A DNA stretch of 64,000 bases from Snowella sp. (GTDB lineage: Bacteria; Cyanobacteriota; Cyanobacteriia; Cyanobacteriales; Microcystaceae): positions 1 through 64,000 of the forward strand of contig JAYKGY010000104.1 of the NCBI GenBank assembly GCA_035285545.1, written 5' to 3'. Of this stretch, positions 1 to 11,049 are shown one piece after another; the stretch's first letter is position 1; every line of letters begins with the position of its first letter. The notes beneath the pieces were generated by a model that saw only the letters and a program-made list of their open reading frames with translations, did no database searches and was not told the DNA's origin. Made by a program: the position numbers and the translations under genes.

Positions 1-42
1 CCAAATTAATTTGATTTACATGCAAATAGGTTTCTCGATATT

Positions 43-92
43 ATCCCCCCTAGCCCCCCTTTCAAAGGGGGGAAGCCGTAGGCGGGGGGGAT
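43..92. repeat. Short GC-rich nested-hairpin dispersed repeat (cyanobacterial CCCCCT..AGGGGG type)
   Basis: ATCCCCCC (43-50) pairs with GGGGGGAT (85-92), enclosing CCCCCCTTT-C-AAAGGGGGG (54-72) and GCC-GTA-GGC (75-83). Confidence 0.6.
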
Positions 93-155
93 TAAGTAAA
101 TGCACTGTTTTCTATTGAATTTGTTATCATTTATTGCAGCTTTGACAGGGATATT

Positions 156-1052
156 TTAAAGCCCAGCATCATCGTTCCAAGCGCGGGGGTCTTCCAGGGG
201 TTCTAAATGGGTAGTGACATGAACATCGGTTAATATCTGCGCGATCGCTTGCTCTAAGGTTTCACATAAATCATGCCCTTGGTTGACCGTCCATTCTCCT
301 GGTACTAAGACATGAAAAACAATAAATCGTTGAGTTCCCGACAGACGAGTTTTGAGAGAATGAAAGCAAATCCCCTGATTTTCGTAGGGGACAAATAAAG
401 CGCAAATTGTGGCCAGTTCCTCTGGGGGAAGAGAATGATCCATCAACCCGGAGAGCGTTTCCCGTAAGAGATTAATACCTGTCCAGATAATGTTCGCAGC
501 AACCAATAACGCAATCAGGGGATCGAGAATGAGCCAACCCGTGAGTTTCACCAGCAAAATTCCGAAGACAACCCCCACTGAAGTCCACACATCGGTAAAA
601 AGGTGATGGGCATCTGCTCGTAGGGTAATCGAACGGAGTCTACGGCCAGCTTTTAGCAAAATCCAAGCGACAATTCCATTGATAGTCGTTGCGACCAATG
701 CCAGGGCTAAACCCCATTCAATTTGTGCCAAGGGTTGAGGATTAAGTAATCTCCCCCAGGCGGCGATCGCGATACTGATGGCTGCAATCAAAATAAACGC
801 ACTTTCTAGCCCACTGGAAAAATATTCCGCTTTAGAATGGCCAAAAGGGTGTTCCGCATCGGCAGGTTTGGCCGCCCAAGATAAGGCCCAGAAGGCCACA
901 CAGGCTGCGAGTAAATTCACCCCAGATTCCAACGCATCGGATAATAATCCCACCGAATCCGTCAGAAAATAGGATCCAATCTTTAGCCCAATCGTCGCGA
1001 TCGCTGCACCAATAGACAAAATCGTATAGGGACGAGCAGAAGTAGCACTCAT
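156..1052 (-). CDS. Cation diffusion facilitator (FieF-like) transporter
   Basis: SVGLLSDALES, PAD.EHPFGH.KAEY and ADAHHLFTD motifs; about 6 TM segments plus a C-terminal HLEP dimerisation domain. Confidence 0.93.
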   Translation of the reverse strand: MSATSARPYTILSIGAAIATIGLKIGSYFLTDSVGLLSDALESGVNLLAACVAFWALSWAAKPADAEHPFGHSKAEYFSSGLESAFILIAAISIAIAAWGRLLNPQPLAQIEWGLALALVATTINGIVAWILLKAGRRLRSITLRADAHHLFTDVWTSVGVVFGILLVKLTGWLILDPLIALLVAANIIWTGINLLRETLSGLMDHSLPPEELATICALFVPYENQGICFHSLKTRLSGTQRFIVFHVLVPGEWTVNQGHDLCETLEQAIAQILTDVHVTTHLEPLEDPRAWNDDAGL

Positions 1053-1090
1053 GAAAAACGAAATGCCAACAAGATAATTTAATTGTAATT

Positions 1091-2917
1091 TTATTTATTT
1101 AACCCATAAATCCACAGAGTAAATAAAGGGGTCAAAAACAGGAGCATCAGCGTTAAGGGCGCGCCTACACGGGTAAAATCAGTAAACTTGTACCCCCCAG
1201 GCCCATAGACCATGGTATTGGTTTGGTAGCCAATCGGAGTCATGTAGCTATTCGATGCGGCAAAGGTCACCACAAACATAAAGGCTAAAGGATTTAAACC
1301 GATTTTATTGGCCACTTCAACCGCGATCGGCAACATCAGCACCACCGTCGCATTATTAGACAAAATTTCCGTTAACAAAGCCGTTGCCAGATAAAACAAA
1401 AATAACATCCAGTAGCCGGACAACTCTCCCCCCAGGGCGACTAAATTATCAGCTAACCATTTGGTCGTACCCGAATTATCCATTGCCGTTCCCAACGGAA
1501 TTAAACCCGCCAGCAGAAAAATAATATCCCAACGCACTGCCCCATAGATTTCCCCCGGTTTAAGGCAACCCGTAATCACCATCAGCAATACACCGACTAA
1601 ACTGGTCACTAAGATAGGCATCCAATCCAGAGCCGCCACCAGTACAACGCCCACAATAATCGCAAGGGCAATCCCCGCCTTATCTAATCGTAAATTTTCT
1701 AAATTTTTCTCTTCTAGAACTAATAATTCACGGGTTGTTTGTAACCCTAAAAAGCTTTCTTTTGGCCCCTGAACTAACAATAAATCTCCAAATTTGAGCT
1801 TAACCTTTCCTAATCTTTCTCGAATTAACTCTTCCCCCCGACGAACCGCTAAAACGGTCGCATTATAACGCTGACGAAAGCGTAGATCTTTTAGCGTCGA
1901 ACCAATCAGACGAGAATTCGACAGGATTAGAACTTCACCAATTTTTTCTTCCCCTGTGATTAATTCATTTTCTAATTCCTTACCCGTAAATTTAACATCC
2001 GCCAGTAGTTCCAGTCCCCTTTCATCTTTCACTTTTAAAATATCTTCTCGCCCTCCCCGAATAATCAGAACATCCCCAATTGACAGGGTTTTATCGGCCA
2101 ATGGTTGGGGAAAATGGATATCATTATGAATAATTTCTAAAACGTCAATATCAAATTTTCGCTGAATTTCACTCTCTCTTAAGGTTTGGCCAATTAAACT
2201 AGAACGAGGGGGAATAATTAATTCAGTGACGTATTCTTTTAATAAATAACTATCCGTTACTTTGCCCAGATTAGCGGGTTTACGATCCGGCAATAAACGC
2301 GGCGCGACAATTCCCAGATAAATTAACCCCACGAAAAACGTAATGCTGCCTAAGGCTGTAAATTGAAACAAGCTAAATTCTTGGCCGGTTAACTTTTTGG
2401 CTAAACCACTGGCTAAAATGTTGGTGGAAGTCCCGATGACGGTAATCATCCCCCCTAAAACCGTCACATAGGAAAGGGGAATGAGCATTTTGGAAACGGA
2501 AATTTTGCGTTGTTGGCACCATTGTTCAATAATCGGCAAAAAAACGGCAACAACAGCCGTATTGTTAATAAATGCCGTGATAGGGCCGACAATTAAGCCC
2601 ATTGCAAAGATTTGCTGTGTTGGACTATTTCCCCCCCACTTGACGAGCCAATCCCTCACAATTTGGATAATGCCGGTGCGGGTAATGCCATAACTCAGGA
2701 TGAACATGGCCATAACCGTAATGGTGGCTGAGTTGCCAAATCCTGCGATGCCCTCTTCTGGACTCACAATCCCCACTACCATTAACACCACGGTGACTAA
2801 GATAGCCGTAATATCGATGGGGAGCCATTCCACAACAAATAATACCAATGCGCCCACAATTATGAACAGGGTGAGCGGAATTTGATAGGGTTGGAGCCAT
2901 TGTTGCAGGAGATCCAT
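1091..2917 (-). CDS. SLC13-family permease with TrkA-C domains
   Basis: AFINNT, IGTSTN and TPIGYQTN motifs; two cytoplasmic TrkA-C-like repeats (S.LIG.TL). Confidence 0.92.
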   Translation of the reverse strand: MDLLQQWLQPYQIPLTLFIIVGALVLFVVEWLPIDITAILVTVVLMVVGIVSPEEGIAGFGNSATITVMAMFILSYGITRTGIIQIVRDWLVKWGGNSPTQQIFAMGLIVGPITAFINNTAVVAVFLPIIEQWCQQRKISVSKMLIPLSYVTVLGGMITVIGTSTNILASGLAKKLTGQEFSLFQFTALGSITFFVGLIYLGIVAPRLLPDRKPANLGKVTDSYLLKEYVTELIIPPRSSLIGQTLRESEIQRKFDIDVLEIIHNDIHFPQPLADKTLSIGDVLIIRGGREDILKVKDERGLELLADVKFTGKELENELITGEEKIGEVLILSNSRLIGSTLKDLRFRQRYNATVLAVRRGEELIRERLGKVKLKFGDLLLVQGPKESFLGLQTTRELLVLEEKNLENLRLDKAGIALAIIVGVVLVAALDWMPILVTSLVGVLLMVITGCLKPGEIYGAVRWDIIFLLAGLIPLGTAMDNSGTTKWLADNLVALGGELSGYWMLFLFYLATALLTEILSNNATVVLMLPIAVEVANKIGLNPLAFMFVVTFAASNSYMTPIGYQTNTMVYGPGGYKFTDFTRVGAPLTLMLLFLTPLFTLWIYGLNK

Positions 2918-3136
2918 AGGGGGAAAAGATGGGGGTCAGTGCGGCAAACCGTGAAGGGGATTGATCCAGATAAATATTTAAGAGTAGCTTATTATACTCC
3001 TAAAAAGAAAATAAAAAGAAAAGATCAATGATCAATTCTAAGCGTTAAATTCTTAGAACATCGTCGTTGTCGGCGCGATTATTTTCTAAAATTTATTTTC
3101 AAGCCGTCTAAACTGCTATTCATTTTTAATCCTCTG

Positions 3137-3979
3137 ATGATTCATAGTTTTATTCCTCCTCACCGTTTTTTCCCCTATCTTACTTGGACGGAGATTCAAG
3201 CTCTTCCTGATAAGGAAAATGTCGTCATTATTCAACCGCTGGGGGCGATCGAGCAACATGGGCCCCATTTACCGATTGTGGTCGATTCTGCCATTAGTTT
3301 AGGCGTTCTGGGTAAGGCGTTGGCCCAACTGGATTCTCAGATTCCTGCCTATGCGTTGCCCTGTTTATATTACGGAAAATCCAATGAGCATCAAGGATTT
3401 GCGGGAACAATTACCCTCACCGCTTCAACCTTGCTAGCGGTATTACAAGAAATGGCAGAGAGTTTGTATCAATCGGGTTTTCGGAAACTGATTTTTATGA
3501 ATTCCCACGGGGGGCAGCCCCAAGTTCTAGAAATTGCCGCCAGAGATATTCATGAAAAGTATCCTGATTTTTCTGTTTTTCCCTGGTTTACTTGGCGAGT
3601 TCCCCACCTTGCAGCGGAATTATTAACGCCCGAAGAACTGGAATGGGGAATTCATGCCGGAGATGCAGAAACCAGTTTGATGTTAGCTCTTTTACCGGAT
3701 CAGGTTAAGTTGGATAAGGCTGTGAAAGAGTATCCTCCCAAATTACCCCAAAATAGTTTACTGAGTTTGGAGGGAAATCTTCCCTTTGCCTGGTTAACTC
3801 GTGAGATTAGTCAAAGTGGAGTGGTGGGGGATGCTACTGCTGCGAGTCGAGAAAAGGGCGATCACCTATTAGCGTCGTTAGTCGATGGTTGGGTAGCAGC
3901 GATCGCGGAGGTTTATGCCTTTCGCCAACCTTCAAGAAATAGCGATTGTTCCTTCGACCAAGGGGTTGATGTATCTTAA
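3137..3979 (+). CDS. Creatininase-family amidohydrolase
   Basis: GAIEQHGPHLP, S.EH, NSHGG and HAG..ETS motifs. Confidence 0.92.
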   Translation: MIHSFIPPHRFFPYLTWTEIQALPDKENVVIIQPLGAIEQHGPHLPIVVDSAISLGVLGKALAQLDSQIPAYALPCLYYGKSNEHQGFAGTITLTASTLLAVLQEMAESLYQSGFRKLIFMNSHGGQPQVLEIAARDIHEKYPDFSVFPWFTWRVPHLAAELLTPEELEWGIHAGDAETSLMLALLPDQVKLDKAVKEYPPKLPQNSLLSLEGNLPFAWLTREISQSGVVGDATAASREKGDHLLASLVDGWVAAIAEVYAFRQPSRNSDCSFDQGVDVS

Positions 3980-4363
3980 GCTTGGCAAAATACTATATTT
4001 AAGATATAATCATCCAGCCCTACTTTGGCGTTATCGTTACCTGAGCGCGAGTGAATAACAATAAACTATTGCAATAAAATTAATAAATTTTTAGTAAATT
4101 TTAGGGGTGATTGTTTTATTGTAGCGCAAAGTTTTGTTCAGTCTGTTCTGACCTCAATTAAGATGACTATTTAAATTTATTCGACCTATAATTAAGCAAC
4201 AATTTTGTAACGAATCCATCCGTATTTTTACGATTATTTTTTTTGCCCCCTTCAAAATAAACGGTTAACTCTCTATATTTATTTGCGTTTATTTGCAATA
4301 ATCATTTAAATTTATCAGCATTATAAAAACATAATTATAAAAATATAATTTTATTTTGATGTA

Positions 4364-5806
4364 ATGGTTATCCCGATTAAAACAATATCTACTGTGTCTA
4401 ATTCTGAGCTATCTTCTTCGCTTGCGCCAACCGAAATCAGCCATCTTCAGAGTGAAGCCTCTCCGATGCTCGCGGTCAAAGAAATGGTAGCGAGTCTTCA
4501 TCGGGAACAAAGCAAAATTCAAAATTTATTGAGTTCTTTAGGGTTTGCCCTGAGAAGTTTTAATAATCTGAATCAGTTTTTGGAGTTAGCTCCTTTAATG
4601 GCGGCTAGGGTGACGGATGCTGATAACAGCGCGCTCATTTTATTTAAAAATAAAGGACAAATTACCTTAGAACACCTTCACGGTCATAACCATGCTTTAA
4701 CCCAGGCAATTCGGCAATCCTTAGAATCTGCTATCCAAAAGATCAATGCCAATCCGTTAAATCCCACTCAAGTGAACCTCCCGACTTTAGATGAACAGAT
4801 TCGGCGAGATTTAGGATCAGGTATTCGACTTTATAGCACGCCTATTTTGGTTAAAAATGAGGAACGGGGCAAGATTTATGTGTTTAGTGCGGATTCCCAG
4901 TATAGTTGGACGCAAACTCGGCGTAAATTATTACAGTTAGTGGCCGATCAAACGGCTGTCGCGATCGCCAATAGTGAACTAACCGTTGAACTGCGGGCCA
5001 AGGAACGCCAGGATCGAGAACTGGAAATTGCCTCAGAAATTCAAGACCGACTATTACCCCGTAAATGCCCTGACATTCAAGGCTTAGATCTCGCTGCCCG
5101 TTGCCAAACCGCAAATCGTGTCGGGGGAGATTATTATGACTTTATCCCGACCAATTATGATCAATTACTACAGGGAGGGGCAGAAATCCGTCAAGAATCA
5201 ACGCCTTCAGTCCCCTGGAGTATTGTCATTGGGGATGTGATGGGGAAGGGGGTTCCGGCAGGGCTAATCATGACCATGACGCGGGGAATGTTACGGGCAG
5301 AGGTTTTAAATCGCCACAGTCCTGCCCAAATTTTGCACCATCTCAATCGGGTCATGTATGTGGATTTGGAAAATTCCCATCGCTTTGTGACGCTGTTTTA
5401 CTCGGAATACGATCCCCAATCCCGAATTCTATCCTTTAGTAATGCGGCCCATAATCCGCCCTTGTTGTGGCGATCGGCTCAAAATTTACTGGGATCGCTA
5501 GATACAGACGGGGTTCTCATTGGCTTAGAAGCGGATTCTAACTATGAAGATGCTCAAGTTCAGTTAACCCCCGGTGATGTTTTACTGTACTATACGGACG
5601 GTTTAATTGATGCGGTCAATAGTAACGGCGATCGCTTCGATGAAAATAATTTACAACGGGTGTTTCGAGAAGCCTGTGAAAGGGGTTCAACAGCCCAGGA
5701 AATTTTAGATTATATTTTTGAGCAAATCCAAACCTTTATTGCGTCAGGAAATAATCATCAAGATGATATGACCTTGGTCATAATGCGGGTAAAATCATCG
5801 GAGTAA
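4364..5806 (+). CDS. GAF + PP2C (SpoIIE/RsbU-like) Ser/Thr phosphatase; true start may be downstream
   Basis: VGGDYYD, IGDVMGKG, YTDGL and DDMT motifs; N-terminal GAF-like region. Confidence 0.92.
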   Translation: MVIPIKTISTVSNSELSSSLAPTEISHLQSEASPMLAVKEMVASLHREQSKIQNLLSSLGFALRSFNNLNQFLELAPLMAARVTDADNSALILFKNKGQITLEHLHGHNHALTQAIRQSLESAIQKINANPLNPTQVNLPTLDEQIRRDLGSGIRLYSTPILVKNEERGKIYVFSADSQYSWTQTRRKLLQLVADQTAVAIANSELTVELRAKERQDRELEIASEIQDRLLPRKCPDIQGLDLAARCQTANRVGGDYYDFIPTNYDQLLQGGAEIRQESTPSVPWSIVIGDVMGKGVPAGLIMTMTRGMLRAEVLNRHSPAQILHHLNRVMYVDLENSHRFVTLFYSEYDPQSRILSFSNAAHNPPLLWRSAQNLLGSLDTDGVLIGLEADSNYEDAQVQLTPGDVLLYYTDGLIDAVNSNGDRFDENNLQRVFREACERGSTAQEILDYIFEQIQTFIASGNNHQDDMTLVIMRVKSSE

Positions 5807-5842
5807 AACTTTATTAGTTTCTAATTCAGTCCTAACAACGCT

Positions 5843-6106
5843 ATGCTTCTTTTACATTGCTTAGATGTATCAACAATCGGTTTAAGTGGTATTGATCATT
5901 TATTAGACCACCACAGCTTTTCCCTCCTGAGCCATCAAGTTCTGGACTGGACAACCTTACTCGCCCAAAATATTAGTGAAATAAAAAAAATTGATATTAT
6001 TGCAGACTTTCAAAAATCGTTTCAAAATTTTATCAAATCGGGTCAAGTGTGGGCGTTAGGCATTGGCTTAGTTCTCGGTTGGGTACTCAAAGGCTTTTTA
6101 GGTTGA
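5843..6106 (+). CDS. Small hypothetical protein with C-terminal TM helix
   Basis: 87-aa ORF between the PP2C gene and argH; FIKSGQVWALGIGLVLGW tail resembles a conserved cyanobacterial small protein. Confidence 0.65.
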   Translation: MLLLHCLDVSTIGLSGIDHLLDHHSFSLLSHQVLDWTTLLAQNISEIKKIDIIADFQKSFQNFIKSGQVWALGIGLVLGWVLKGFLG

Positions 6107-6175
6107 GGTTTTAATTAAACCGCAATCATTACATTTGTTGATATTGATCTACTAAACAGGTTAAAGGATTTCATC

Positions 6176-7564
6176 GTGACGACGGCAAAAAAAACTTGGA
6201 GCGATCGCTTTGAAGGGTCATTACATCCCGCGATTGTGCTATTCAATGCCAGTATTGGTTTTGATATTGAACTGATTGAATATGACTTAAATGGGTCGAT
6301 CGCCCATGCCAAGATGTTGGCCCATACGGGAATTATTACAGAAGAAGAAGCCCAACAGTTAGTCACTGGTTTAGAGCAAATTCGCCAAGAATACCGAGCA
6401 GGGAATTTTACCCCTGGGGTCGATCAAGAAGATGTCCACTTTGCCGTTGAACGACGATTAACCGAAATCGTAGGAGATGTCGGTAAAAAACTCCACACCG
6501 CCCGCTCTCGCAACGATCAAGTGGGAACTGATGTCCGCTTATACCTACGGGAAGAAATCGATCAAATCCGTAATCAAATCCGCGATTTTCAACGAGTTCT
6601 TGTTACCTTAGCCGAAAACAATGTGGAAACCCTGATTCCTGGCTATACCCATCTGCAACGGGCCCAACCAGTGAGCCTCGCCCATCACCTCTTAGCCTAT
6701 TTCCAGATGGCTCAACGAGACTGGCAACGATTAGGGGAAATTCGGGCCCGCACCAATATTTCACCCTTGGGTTCAGGCGCGTTAGCCGGAACAACTTTTC
6801 CCATTGACCGCCATTACAGTGCGAATTTATTGGGGTTTGAAGGAATTTATGCTAACAGTCTAGATGGGGTCAGCGATCGCGACTTTGCCATTGAATTTTT
6901 AAATGCGGCCAGCTTAATCATGGTTCATCTCAGCCGTTTAAGCGAAGAAATGATCCTCTGGGCTTCCCAGGAATTTAGCTTTATTTCCCTTACTGATAGC
7001 TGTGCAACAGGGTCTAGCATCATGCCCCAAAAGAAAAATCCCGATGTTCCCGAACTGATTCGTGGTAAAGCCGGGCGCGTCATTGGCCATCTTCAAGGAA
7101 TGTTGGTGTTAATGAAAGGTTTACCCCTAGCCTATAACAAGGATCTTCAAGAAGACAAAGAAGCCCTCTTTGATGCAGTTAAAACCGTTAAAGTGTCCTT
7201 AGAAGCGATGACCATTTTGCTCGAAGAAGGTATTGTTTTCCGTCAAGAACGGTTAGCCGAAGCGGTTTCCGAAGATTTCTCTAACGCGACCGATGTGGCC
7301 GATTACCTCGCGGCTAAAGGAGTTCCTTTCCGTGAAGCCTATAATCTAGTCGGTAAGGTAGTGAAAAGTAGTTTAGCTGTCGGTAAATTACTCAAGGATT
7401 TAACCTTAGAAGAATGGAAGGCTTTACACCCTGCCTTTGAAGCCGATATCTATGCCGCGATCGCGCCCCAACAAGTGGTAGCAGCCCGCAATAGCTACGG
7501 CGGAACGGGTTTTGAACAGGTGCGACAAGCCTTGCAATTCGCCAAAGCTGAAATCAATTTGTAA
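6176..7564 (+). CDS. argH: Argininosuccinate lyase
   Basis: [32 protein letters not shown] and [10 protein letters not shown] motifs. Confidence 0.98.
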   Translation: MTTAKKTWSDRFEGSLHPAIVLFNASIGFDIELIEYDLNGSIAHAKMLAHTGIITEEEAQQLVTGLEQIRQEYRAGNFTPGVDQEDVHFAVERRLTEIVGDVGKKLHTARSRNDQVGTDVRLYLREEIDQIRNQIRDFQRVLVTLAENNVETLIPGYTHLQRAQPVSLAHHLLAYFQMAQRDWQRLGEIRARTNISPLGSGALAGTTFPIDRHYSANLLGFEGIYANSLDGVSDRDFAIEFLNAASLIMVHLSRLSEEMILWASQEFSFISLTDSCATGSSIMPQKKNPDVPELIRGKAGRVIGHLQGMLVLMKGLPLAYNKDLQEDKEALFDAVKTVKVSLEAMTILLEEGIVFRQERLAEAVSEDFSNATDVADYLAAKGVPFREAYNLVGKVVKSSLAVGKLLKDLTLEEWKALHPAFEADIYAAIAPQQVVAARNSYGGTGFEQVRQALQFAKAEINL

Positions 7565-7690
7565 TAAGAGCGGTCGCGGAATCCTCCGCCTTTCCCCTAA
7601 AAAGTTAATACAGTGAAATCTTTAGCCTGTTCATGAAAAAAAGAAGACTTAAGATATTCTAAAGCTACATCTTTTAACAAACTCTTTTTT

Positions 7691-8146
7691 ATGAATCAAG
7701 TTTGGCGATATTTCAAAACGGTTTTAAAAGTCATTTTTCGTCATCCCATTACCGGCGTGACAATTATCCCCATCTTGCCGGATGGTCGTATTGTCTTGAT
7801 TCAACGGAGAGATACGGGACAATGGGGGCTGCCGGGAGGATTAGTAGACTACGGTGAAGATATTCTCACCACGGTACAACGAGAGCTAACCGAAGAAACC
7901 GGATTAACCGTATTAGCCATTAAACGCTTAGTAGGAGTTTATTCTGCCCCTGATCGCGATCCACGAATGCACTCAATTTCTATTTTGGTAGAAGCGGAAG
8001 CCGATGGCCATTTACAGACCCAAGATCCCTTAGAAGTTAAAAATGTCCACGCCTTTGGCAAAGAGGATTTACCCCTGGGCAACCTGAGCCATGATCACGA
8101 TCGCCATTTAAAAGACTTTTTATCAGGATTAACCGTTATTGCCTAA
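7691..8146 (+). CDS. NUDIX hydrolase
   Basis: Nudix box GGLVDYGE...RELTEETG. Confidence 0.92.
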   Translation: MNQVWRYFKTVLKVIFRHPITGVTIIPILPDGRIVLIQRRDTGQWGLPGGLVDYGEDILTTVQRELTEETGLTVLAIKRLVGVYSAPDRDPRMHSISILVEAEADGHLQTQDPLEVKNVHAFGKEDLPLGNLSHDHDRHLKDFLSGLTVIA

Positions 8147-8270
8147 TTGACCTTTTCTTGAAACGATTTCAGTGATTGCTGCCCATGAAAAAGGCTTCTA
8201 ATAGAATTAGACTTTTAATTTCTAATAATTGTATAGTGCAAAAAAATCTTAAATCAACCAGGAGTAAACA

Positions 8271-9155
8271 GTGACCGTTAAACCCGATTGGCTCAGAGTC
8301 AAAGCCCCCCAATGGCAACGGGTGGGAAGTGTCAAAGAAATTTTACGGGATTTGTCCCTGAATACCGTTTGTGAAGAAGCATCTTGCCCGAATATTGGAG
8401 AATGCTTTCAAGCGGGAACCGCAACATTTTTGATTATGGGGCCTGCTTGTACCCGTGCTTGCCCTTATTGTGATATTGATTTTGAGAAAAAGCCCCAACC
8501 GTTAGATCCCACTGAACCGCTCCGCCTAGCAGAGGCCGTCAAACGTCTCAACTTGAACCATGTGGTGATTACCTCGGTGAATCGAGATGATTTACCGGAT
8601 GGGGGCGCGAGTCAATTTGTCCAGTGCATTGAAGAAACCCGTAAAATTTCTCCAAACACCACAATTGAAGTATTAATTCCTGATCTGTGTGGTAATTGGG
8701 AAGCCCTCGGCGTTATTTTAACGGCTCACCCTGAAGTTTTAAATCACAATACGGAAACGGTTCCTCGTTTATATCGTCGGACTCGGCCTCAAGGGGAGTA
8801 TACGCGATCGCTGGAATTGCTCAGACGGACTCGTGAAATTGCATCCCATACCTACACGAAATCAGGAATCATGGTGGGATTAGGAGAAACCGATGAAGAA
8901 GTTCGGCAAGTCATGAAGGATCTACGCGCCGTTGATTGCGACATTTTGACGATTGGGCAATACCTACAACCGACCCAAAAACATTTAGGGGTACAGGATT
9001 TTATCCCGCCTGCTCAGTTTGAAGCCTGGCGAGAGTTGGGAGAATCCTTGGGATTTTTACAAGTGGTATCTTCTCCCTTAACCCGTAGCTCCTACCATGC
9101 GGAACAGGTTCGAGAATTAATGCAACGTTATCCTCGTCCGATTCGTTCAAAATGA
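8271..9155 (+). CDS. lipA: Lipoyl synthase
   Basis: [12 protein letters not shown], radical-[11 protein letters not shown] and RSSYHA motifs. Confidence 0.97.
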   Translation: MTVKPDWLRVKAPQWQRVGSVKEILRDLSLNTVCEEASCPNIGECFQAGTATFLIMGPACTRACPYCDIDFEKKPQPLDPTEPLRLAEAVKRLNLNHVVITSVNRDDLPDGGASQFVQCIEETRKISPNTTIEVLIPDLCGNWEALGVILTAHPEVLNHNTETVPRLYRRTRPQGEYTRSLELLRRTREIASHTYTKSGIMVGLGETDEEVRQVMKDLRAVDCDILTIGQYLQPTQKHLGVQDFIPPAQFEAWRELGESLGFLQVVSSPLTRSSYHAEQVRELMQRYPRPIRSK

Positions 9156-9261
9156 GCCAGTTTTTCTTGAACTGGATATTCTGTTTGTTTTAAGAAAAGC
9201 CAACAGGAAACAGCGTTACAATCTAAAGACAATATTCCAGAGCCACCTCACCTTTGAACTG

Positions 9262-9606
9262 ATGGAAAATCATCCCCAGCCTGCGGTTCCGCCCCTCCAT
9301 TCTCTTCCCCATCATCATGGCGACCAGCAAACGCCCCATGTTCATAGTGATGCTTCTTTGCGTCAAATTATCAATCGACTCTCTCGCATTGAAGGCCATA
9401 TTCGGGGCATTAAAACGATGGTGACTGAAAGCCGTCCCTGTCCTGAAGTGCTAATTCAAGTGGCTGCTGTTAGGGGGGCAATCGATCGCGTCGCCCGTTT
9501 GATCCTCGATGAACACTTGAGCGAATGTGTGGCAAGGGCTGCTAAAGATGGCAATATTGAAATGGAATTAGCGGAATTAAAAGCAGCATTGGATCGATTT
9601 TTATAA
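9262..9606 (+). CDS. CsoR/RcnR-family metal-sensing repressor (InrS-like, His-rich N-terminus)
   Basis: RLSRIEGHIRGI..M....C, H...C signature; N-terminal HHHG..HVH. Confidence 0.9.
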   Translation: MENHPQPAVPPLHSLPHHHGDQQTPHVHSDASLRQIINRLSRIEGHIRGIKTMVTESRPCPEVLIQVAAVRGAIDRVARLILDEHLSECVARAAKDGNIEMELAELKAALDRFL

Positions 9607-9648
9607 AAAATTAGCGTGATCTTTTCTCAAACGAATAGATAATAGGAT

Positions 9649-10158
9649 TTACTGAACATTTAAGGGGTTACCTGAGCGATCTATGACTCGAATATCCCAT
9701 TGGCCATTTTGAGCAACTTCAAAGGCAATACGATCGCCGTCTGCACTGATGGTTGGGTTACGGGTTTCGGCATTGAGATCGGGGGTTAAATCGCGCTTTT
9801 GTTGGGTTTCTCGGTCATAGAGATAAATATCGGACTTTCCTTGACGACTAGCCGTAAAAACAATGTAACGGCCATCTTCTGAAATGGCAGGATGGGAAGC
9901 GATCGCGTCTAAGGAATTCAGACCAGGCAAATCCATTAAACGTCGCGTCTGAGCATTAAAGAGATAAATCCCCTGGGAACCGTTGCGATCGGACACAAAC
10001 ACAATATAAGTCCCCGAAACCTGGGGCGTAAACTCTTCGGCAGCGCTATTTAAACTCCGACCCGCATTATCAAAGGGAAAATTTAAATATCGAGGATAGC
10101 CCCCACAGCCGCTTAATAAACTGGTGACAATTACGAAGAAAAGAAAACGTTTTCCCAT
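9649..10158 (-). CDS. TolB-like (PD40 repeat) lipoprotein
   Basis: Lipobox LSGC; FVSDRNG, PAISEDGRYIVF and PTISADG repeats. Confidence 0.85.
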   Translation of the reverse strand: MGKRFLFFVIVTSLLSGCGGYPRYLNFPFDNAGRSLNSAAEEFTPQVSGTYIVFVSDRNGSQGIYLFNAQTRRLMDLPGLNSLDAIASHPAISEDGRYIVFTASRQGKSDIYLYDRETQQKRDLTPDLNAETRNPTISADGDRIAFEVAQNGQWDIRVIDRSGNPLNVQ

Positions 10159-10172
10159 GAATTTATGAATCG

Positions 10173-10973
10173 TTAACGGCTAACAATACCTGACCATTGC
10201 ACTTTTTTCTCATGAGTCCGACGGTAGGAAAAGAAACGGGCGGGATTCTGATAGGTACATTCCGGCGCGATCGCGATTTGTTCGGGATTTAACCCTAATT
10301 GTTGCAACTGTAAAAAGTTAATCAAACGCACATCTAACCGCACTTTCCCAACTTCGGGATCGGGCAAAATCGGGGGAGTGGATAAGGCTTGCAATTCCGC
10401 TAAAATGTCTTCTGGTGATTTTTCTAATTGGGTAAATAGACTAGCCCCAACTTTCGCACCCACTTCCGCATCGACTTGATAAACTTCCCCTGAAATCGCT
10501 GGGCCCATTGCCACCCGTAAATTCTCCAATTGGCTTCCAAAATCGAGAAAACGCTGAATGGCTTTCGGAATAATCCGTTGTTCCGTGCCTCGCCAACCTG
10601 AATGAATGGCAGAAACCCGCCCTGTTACCACATCCCCAATCAAGGCAGGGGTACAATCCGCACTGGCAGCCCAAACCGCTTGTTGAGATTGTTCTGTAAT
10701 CACCGCATCCGCCTGGGGCAAAATTTCTTCCGATTCTCCCCGACTCATGACATGATCAATTTCAGTAGGGGTCAGAACGCGATCGCTGTGTACCTGTTTA
10801 ACGCGAAAAACTTTAGCCGCTGGCTGCAAAACGTCAACCAATTCTTCGGGGGAACGGGGATAAAAATCCTGGGTAAAAAAGCCGTGTTTCCAGTCCTGCA
10901 ATAAACTACAGGTCAAATAATTTAGCCCATTCCAGCTTTGCCATTGCCAGTTATCCGTCTGCTTGCTCATCAT
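10173..10973 (-). CDS. pgeF: YfiH/PgeF-family protein
   Basis: QVHS, ADC.P, HSGWRG and FFSYRR motifs. Confidence 0.92.
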   Translation of the reverse strand: MMSKQTDNWQWQSWNGLNYLTCSLLQDWKHGFFTQDFYPRSPEELVDVLQPAAKVFRVKQVHSDRVLTPTEIDHVMSRGESEEILPQADAVITEQSQQAVWAASADCTPALIGDVVTGRVSAIHSGWRGTEQRIIPKAIQRFLDFGSQLENLRVAMGPAISGEVYQVDAEVGAKVGASLFTQLEKSPEDILAELQALSTPPILPDPEVGKVRLDVRLINFLQLQQLGLNPEQIAIAPECTYQNPARFFSYRRTHEKKVQWSGIVSR

Positions 10974-11049
10974 TAAATTGTTAACTATTAATTATTCATT
11001 ATTAATTATTCATTCCCCCCCTAATTTAACGTAAACCTTGCCCTTAATC

